Shown here piece after piece: positions 28,048-32,000 of a DNA stretch of 32,000 nt. Under the pieces are notes generated by a model. It ran no database searches, was not told the origin of the DNA, and saw only the letters and a list, made by a program, of their open reading frames with translations. Origin of the DNA: Candidatus Brocadia sp. (GTDB taxonomy: Bacteria; Planctomycetota; Brocadiia; Brocadiales; Brocadiaceae); assembly GCA_021650915.1 (NCBI GenBank), contig CP091279.1:30001-62000 (forward strand), in the 5' to 3' direction. The number at the start of each line of letters is the position of its first letter. Position 1 is the stretch's first letter. A program made the position numbers and the translations under genes.

Positions 28048-28176
28048 GTAACACGTTGGTTTTTTGAAAAGGCAGGGGCGAAGCATTTGCCTGCCTGGGG
28101 TGTGAATACCTGTATGCCAATGTATGGCAAATGCTTCGCCCCTACACCGTGCGGTAACATCGTTATTAGAATATTA
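28048..28176. repeat. GTAAC-type repeat end plus inverted GGGGCGAAGCATTTGCC...GGCAAATGCTTCGCCCC module, starting 18 nt after the cas6 stop
   Basis: GTAACACGTTGGTTTTTTGAAAA begins at 28048. A 17-bp inverted pair lies at 28074-28090 and 28128-28144. The same module occurs in inverted arrangement in 28991-29141. Confidence 0.65.
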
Positions 28177-28444
28177 GTAACAATTTAGTTTTTTGAAAAA
28201 TCCCGAAGGGATGACATGATTATAGAAAAAGCGCGCCACCATATTTAACCCCGTAGGGGTGAAATATCGGGAAAATAGCGATACTATGTCACCCCTTACG
28301 GGGTTGACCATAATTGCATAACGATATGCTATAATCATGACATCCCTTCGGGATTAAAGAAGCGCTATTTTGTTCACCCGTAGTGATGGTGAGCGAAAGT
28401 ACACTGAATAAATACAAGAATTTTTCAAAAAGCTAAATTGTTAC
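28177..28444. mobile_element. MITE-like unit with GTAAC-type TIRs enclosing the 157-bp nested palindrome
   Basis: GTAACAATTTAGTTTTTTGAAAAA (28177-28200) is paired with TTTTTCAAAAAGCTAAATTGTTAC (28421-28444). Confidence 0.7.
28199..28355 (-). repeat. 157-bp nested-palindrome element, full copy
   Basis: The outer arms are AATCCCGAAGGGATGACATGATTATAG and CTATAATCATGACATCCCTTCGGGATT. The inner hairpins are AACCCCGTAGGGGTG and CACCCCTTACGGGGTTG. It is about 90 percent identical by eye to 30406-30563 in the opposite orientation. Confidence 0.8.
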
Positions 28445-28524
28445 GAATATTACGGTGTAAAAACTTCTTTTTTTGTAAGTTTTTGCGCAACCCGATGCAT
28501 CCTTTATCAGAAGGTACCGTTTGT

Positions 28525-28663
28525 GTAACAGTTTAGCTTTTTGAAAAACTCTCAATTTTATACCATATTTTGTTAAAAAATTGTATTATTAGAGCGATTT
28601 TTGGCCCTTTTTAAGCGATATTTCGACATTTTTTGGCAGTTTTTCAAAAAGCTAAATTGATAC
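28525..28663. mobile_element. MITE-like unit with GTAAC-type TIRs (139 bp)
   Basis: GTAACAGTTTAGCTTTTTGAAAAA (28525-) is paired with TTTTTCAAAAAGCTAAATTGATAC (-28663). Confidence 0.65.
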
Positions 28664-28682
28664 CCGTTTGTTTGTGAGAGAA

Positions 28683-28843
28683 GGATTGCTTCGCGGAGTT
28701 CACACTGAGCAAATCGAATGTGCTCGCAATGGTGACGTACCGTATGTCATCAAAGGCATAGCCCGTGTCATTGCGAGGGTCTTGTCCGAAGCAATCTCCC
28801 GCTTTCACAACGGAGAATTGGTTGCGGCCTTGCTGCGCTAGGG
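28683..28843 (+). repeat. Composite ~160-nt dispersed repeat (GATTGCTTCG..CTCGCAATG / GTCATTGCGAG..GAAGCAATC / TTGGTTGCGG..CTGCGCTAGG)
   Basis: It aligns with 29211-29339. In reverse orientation it aligns with 18447-18518 plus 20024-20165. Confidence 0.75.
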
Positions 28844-28861
28844 TAATTTTTCAAAAAATGA

Positions 28862-28965
28862 TACTCAAAAGGTTCACCATCAGTGAATATTTAGATTGAT
28901 AAACAGGGTGGCACGGACAAACTCTGTTTGTCCGTGTTGAACTTGCACGACGTTGTTTATAGTAT
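28862..28965 (+). repeat. Copy of the kdpF-type MITE (left arm and core; right end unclear)
   Basis: TACTCAAAAGGTTCACCATCAGTGAATATTTAGATTGATAAACAGGGTGGCACGGACAAACTCTGTTTGTCCGTGTTGAAC aligns with 6481-6560. Confidence 0.6.
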
Positions 28966-28990
28966 TACTGTATAAAAACTTCTTTTTTTG

Positions 28991-29141
28991 GTAACACTTT
29001 AGTTTTTTGAAAAATTACCATAATAACGATGTTGCCGCACGGTGTAAGGGCGAAGCATTTGCCATAAATTGGTATAAATGTATTCATGCCCCAAGATGGC
29101 AAATGCTTCGCCCCTACTTTTTCAAAAAACTAAAGTGTTAC
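28991..29141. mobile_element. MITE-like unit with GTAAC-type TIRs (151 bp) carrying the GCGAAGCATTTGCC palindrome
   Basis: GTAACACTTTAGTTTTTTGAAAAA (28991-) is paired with TTTTTCAAAAAACTAAAGTGTTAC (-29141). Confidence 0.7.
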
Positions 29142-29210
29142 TTTTTTTGTAAGTTTTTTTACAAACCCCTTTTCAGGAGGTACCATTTTTTATGAGTGAA
29201 GGATTGCTTC

Positions 29211-29339
29211 GCTTCGCTCGCAATGACCAACGTGTCGTGTGCCATCAAAGTGCATGGTCGGTGTCATTGCGAGGGCCTTTTCCGAAGCAATCTCCCCACT
29301 TTCATAAAGAAAATTTGGTTGCGGTTGTGCTGCGCTAGG
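29211..29339 (+). repeat. Second copy of the composite ~160-nt dispersed repeat
   Basis: It aligns with 28683-28843. Confidence 0.75.
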
Positions 29340-29384
29340 AAATATCTATTTTAAAAATTGGATAGACAAACCAGGTCTGATCAT

Positions 29385-29510
29385 TGCAAGCACAAGGTAT
29401 TGAGCAGTATTACAAAAACACGGACAAGCACAGCTTGTCCATGCCGCCCCTTTAGATTATGGTAAGTCTGTATCAAGTTTATAAATCACAAATTGTGCGC
29501 CTCTTGAGTA
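29385..29510 (-). repeat. Copy of the kdpF-type MITE (core and one arm)
   Basis: ACACGGACAAGCACAGCTTGTCCATGCCGCC is the core hairpin. ATAAATCACAAATTGTGCGCCTCTTGAGTA matches the arm at 6563-6593. Confidence 0.55.
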
Positions 29511-29600
29511 TAAAGTGCTTCAAACTTTTTATCAGGGTAGGATAACGGTCGTAACCTGCCTTTTCTTATCGTGGTAGCATGGTTTTTTGCAGTTTTGATG

Positions 29601-29895
29601 GGAGGTGAAAAATGTTTGAAGATAACGAAATTTCTCCTTTTGGCCGGAGGTATCTTCAGGCCTGGTGAAAAATCGGTGATTTCTGCACGTGATAAGTAAT
29701 TGTTTAACGGCCACTTATAAAATTGGAAATTGAGCGATGAGGAAAAAAGTTTGAAGATGGCATCTTGTCGGCGTTTGTGCAGGGTATCTTCAAGGTTTAT
29801 GAAAAATTTATCTTATGGATTGATCATTGGTTATGACTTTCAAGGTGGACAATTTCTGCAAAGTCGGGGGTGTGAAAATGGGGTATCTTCAAGGT
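29601..29895 (+). promoter_or_regulatory. Leader-like region with three repeated modules (GTGAAAAAT / GTTTGAAGAT ... GGTATCTTCA(A)GG)
   Basis: GGTATCTTCA(A)GG occurs at 29649, 29783 and 29882. Its inverse, GTTTGAAGAT, occurs at 29614 and 29749. G/TGAAAAAT occurs at 29605, 29665, 29799 and 29871. The role is unknown, and the region lies immediately upstream of the first CRISPR repeat. Confidence 0.35.
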
Positions 29896-29998
29896 TTTGC
29901 CAGAATAAGGCATAACGGTCTCTTGCTCTTGCAGTTAGAATGCATATCATGGTATATGCCGGAAGGGGGAAAAAGGCGTAACCCCCGATAAATGTGGC

Positions 29999-30310
29999 GT
30001 TCCCTGCTCTTTGAAGAGATGAAAGGGATTGAGAACAACAAAGTATCACCTATGTTATCATCCATCCAGTTTCCGGCGTTCCCTGCTCTTTGAAGAGATG
30101 AAAGGGATTGAGACGGTTTACCCAGATACAACCTGCACTCTCACCATACCAACCGTTTCGGTTCAATCGTGGACGATTGAACCAGCCTGGACGGGCAGCC
30201 CCAACCGCAGTTCCCTGCTCTTGGGAGAAATGAAAGGGATCGAGGCAGAGGTAGGGGCGTATTGCAATACGCTCCTACCAAAGTTTCCGGTTCTTGGGAA
30301 GAGTTGAGAC
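29999..30310 (+). CRISPR. Mini CRISPR array: 2 near-identical 37-nt repeats, 1 degenerate repeat, 1 internally deleted remnant
   Basis: R1 is at 29999-30035 and R2 at 30078-30114, both GTTCCCTGCTCTTTGAAGAGATGAAAGGGATTGAGAC, with R1 ending in A. R3 at 30210-30246 has 5 mismatches. The R4 remnant is GTTCTTGGGAAGAGTTGAGAC at 30290-30310. Spacers are 42, 95 and 43 nt. The strand is set by the ATTGAGAC 3' tail and by the degenerate repeats lying at the distal end. Confidence 0.8.
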
Positions 30311-30405
30311 CCGCGGGGGGGCTTGGAAATTTCATCTGTTTTCTTGTAACTACGCAGCATACTTTTGCCCACAATCACTACGGATAAACAAAATATTGAT
30401 TACAG

Positions 30406-30563
30406 AATCCCGAAGGGATGTCATGATTATAGCCTGTTGTTATGCAAGTATGGTGAACCCTGTAGGGGTGGTATAGTATCGCTATTTTCCCGATATTTCA
30501 CCCCTACGGGGCTAAATATGCTGGTGTGCTTTTTTCTATAATCATGACATCCCTTCGGGATTT
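30406..30563 (+). repeat. 157-bp nested-palindrome element, full copy, between the array and the RT
   Basis: It runs AATCCCGAAGGGATGTCATGATTATAG...CTATAATCATGACATCCCTTCGGGATT and aligns with 28199-28355 (reverse) and 20234-20363. Confidence 0.8.
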
Positions 30564-30574
30564 TCCGGTCTTGC

Positions 30575-30593
30575 AGTTTTCGCTGAATAGTTA
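30575..30593. repeat. Solo terminal repeat of the ISBst12-like IS66 element
   Basis: TTTTCGCTGAATAGTTA matches the reverse complement of the left end at 21319-21338 over 17 nt exactly. The final base is T instead of C. Confidence 0.6.
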
Positions 30594-30792
30594 TGTTCTC
30601 CTTTATGTTCCCTGTCCGTTAAAAGATCCGAAACACGTAAAGGGTATTCTGCAGGGAATAGGCAAAAATGAAATAGGGCTGGAATTTCGCCTGGCCTATG
30701 GGTATGATAGACCGGATATAGCCTGTGGGGTTGGCATGGGATACAAAAAGACTGTTCCGGCGCTGGGCCTCATGAAAGAGCATGGAGGGGCC

Positions 30793-30834
30793 TGCTGCCT
30801 CTGAAGAGGCAGCATTCTCAACGTCTTCTTTTTT
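30793..30834 (+). terminator. Perfect 9-bp hairpin followed at a distance by a T-run; function uncertain
   Basis: TGCTGCCTC-TGAA-GAGGCAGCA spans 30793-30814. The T-rich tract TCTTCTTTTTT ends at 30834. The 12-nt gap between stem and T-run is atypical for an intrinsic terminator. Confidence 0.3.
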
Positions 30835-30852
30835 ACCGTCAGGAAGTGTGCG

Positions 30853-32000
30853 GTGGGTGAATATTTTGATGCCTTGTGCGAGCGCTCTGTCATGGATGCC
30901 GCATGCCGTCGCGTTATGAAGAAAAAGGCGCGGGGAGGCCTCGACGGGGTAGAAATTGATGATCAGCATACCGACGCAGACAAAATGGTCTCTGCCCTTA
31001 TCAAAGAGCTTCGTACGGGCGCGTATGTGCCGGTGCCGTACGCCAGGGGGGCAATACCGAAATTTGATGAACAGAATCAATGGCGTAAAATCTCATTGCC
31101 TTCGGTGCGGGACAAGGTCGTTCAGCAGGCATTTGTTGAGGCGCTGGGGCCGGTGTTCAACAAAACGTTCCTGGATTGCAGTTATGCCTATCGCGAGGGA
31201 AAAGGTCCCGTCAAGGCCATAAAACGGGTAGAGCACATCCTGCATACGCATCACATCCGGTGGGTGACGACCATGGATATCGACAATTTTTTTGACACCA
31301 TGGATCACGATATTTTCATCGGTGAGTTTACCAAAAAGGTTGCCGAACCGGAGATACTCCAGCTTGTGCGTCTCTGGCTCAAGGCCGGCTGTATCAGCGC
31401 CAGGGGTGACTGGATAGAACCGTATGACGGCATTGCGCAGGGGGCGGTTGTTTCCCCGCTTTTCTCCAATATATACCTTCACCCCCTCGACTGCTTTGCC
31501 ATCGGAAACAACTGCCTCTATGTGCGCTACAGCGACAATCTTATTGTTCTTTCTGAAACAAAAGAGACCTTGTACCTCTGGTACGAACAGCTAAAATCCT
31601 TCCTCGAAGACCGTCTCAGGCTCAGGCTGAACGAAGACCCGTATCCGTTTAAGGACAAAGAACGGGGGTTTGTCTTTTTAGGGATCTTTTTTCAGAACGA
31701 TGTGCGGCAGATAAGCACCGCGAAAGAAACAAACATCTGTCGCAGGATTAACTGGCTCACGGACAAAACGCAGCAAAAAGACCCGGAGATATTCTTGGAG
31801 AAATTCAACAAATGTATCGAAGGGGTGCAGCGATATTATTCCTGTATTGAGCCTCTCAGGCAGTTTGAGATTATTGACCAGCATATCCTGAAGCGTGTTC
31901 GGCCCCTGCTGGATCATTTTTATGAAAGGGGTTGTTTCCCGTCGCGTGACGATCTCAAATCATACATCATGAAGATTCGTTTTCTGGCGACTAAACCGGA
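30853..32000 (+). CDS. Group-II-intron-like reverse transcriptase adjacent to the CRISPR array (CRISPR-associated RT candidate); 3' end off-window; absent from the supplied ORF track
   Basis: I translated the frame with codon starts at 3n+1 by hand. It is open from 30805 to the window end. The motifs are RKISLPSVRDKVVQQA (RT1/2), TMDIDNFFDTMDH (RT3), GIAQGAVVSPLFSNIYLHPLD (RT4), YVRYSDNLIVL (RT5, YSDN in place of YxDD), FLGIFF (RT7) and a thumb-like IEGVQRYYSCIEPLRQF. The start is uncertain. GTG at 30853 lies upstream of the conserved FDALCERSV..A...V...KA.GGLDGV block, and the first ATG is at 30892. Confidence 0.85.
   Translation, partial: MGEYFDALCERSVMDAACRRVMKKKARGGLDGVEIDDQHTDADKMVSALIKELRTGAYVPVPYARGAIPKFDEQNQWRKISLPSVRDKVVQQAFVEALGPVFNKTFLDCSYAYREGKGPVKAIKRVEHILHTHHIRWVTTMDIDNFFDTMDHDIFIGEFTKKVAEPEILQLVRLWLKAGCISARGDWIEPYDGIAQGAVVSPLFSNIYLHPLDCFAIGNNCLYVRYSDNLIVLSETKETLYLWYEQLKSFLEDRLRLRLNEDPYPFKDKERGFVFLGIFFQNDVRQISTAKETNICRRINWLTDKTQQKDPEIFLEKFNKCIEGVQRYYSCIEPLRQFEIIDQHILKRVRPLLDHFYERGCFPSRDDLKSYIMKIRFLATKP

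Noticed and set aside
29601-29895. Possible second CRISPR array made of the GGTATCTTCAAGG / GTTTGAAGAT motifs
   Set aside because: The units are not of constant length or spacing (about 135 and 99 nt). The motifs are inverted as well as direct, and there is no full-length repeat consensus. I kept it as an unexplained leader feature instead.
30802-30804. In-frame TGA before the RT as a selenocysteine or programmed read-through codon
   Set aside because: The only evidence is the surrounding hairpin. No SECIS-like context could be argued, and the upstream frame is truncated by mobile-element debris. I treat it as a stop or pseudogene lesion until comparative data say otherwise.
30619-31482. Minus-strand ORFs 30619-31080 (153 aa) and 31093-31482 (129 aa) from the ORF track
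   Set aside because: They lie antisense to a plus-strand frame that carries a complete, ordered set of RT motifs. That frame was missed by the track because it has no obvious ATG and no stop inside the window. The minus-strand peptides have no recognisable features.

Overview
The backbone is ordinary chromosomal genes: an OsmC-like protein, a DUF362/4Fe-4S protein, a HAD phosphatase, ribF, a PpiD/SurA-like chaperone, topA, a DUF763 protein, a MOSC protein and one secreted protein. This backbone is heavily colonised by mobile and repetitive DNA. I can support seven IS or intron-type elements. They are an edge-truncated IS4/IS5-like transposase, an IS66-like element carrying a DUF4338 gene, an IS1634-like element inside kdpA, an IS110-family element inside a dispersed repeat, and a three-level nest. 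The nest is an IS66/ISBst12-like element inside a DUF4338-ISAs1-like element inside a group II intron. There are also at least five families of short palindromic or MITE-like repeats. The right third (about 26.6-32 kb) is the most interesting part. It holds an eroded RT-associated CRISPR locus: an orphan gene fragment cut by the intron, cas6, 1.5 kb of repeat patchwork, a leader-like region with repeated hairpin modules, and a 4-repeat mini-array. That array has two perfect and two degenerate repeats ending in ATTGAGAC, and two of its spacers are copies of genome-dispersed palindromes. It is followed by a group-II-like reverse transcriptase ORF that runs off the window and is absent from the supplied ORF track. 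Its YxDD box reads YSDN. Two unrelated transposase families in this window are each paired with the same DUF4338 module. The kdpFA operon is dead, with a MITE in kdpF and an IS in a truncated kdpA. No rRNA or tRNA genes were seen. Family names come from motif recognition by eye and coordinates of element ends come from manual alignment. None of this was checked against a database.
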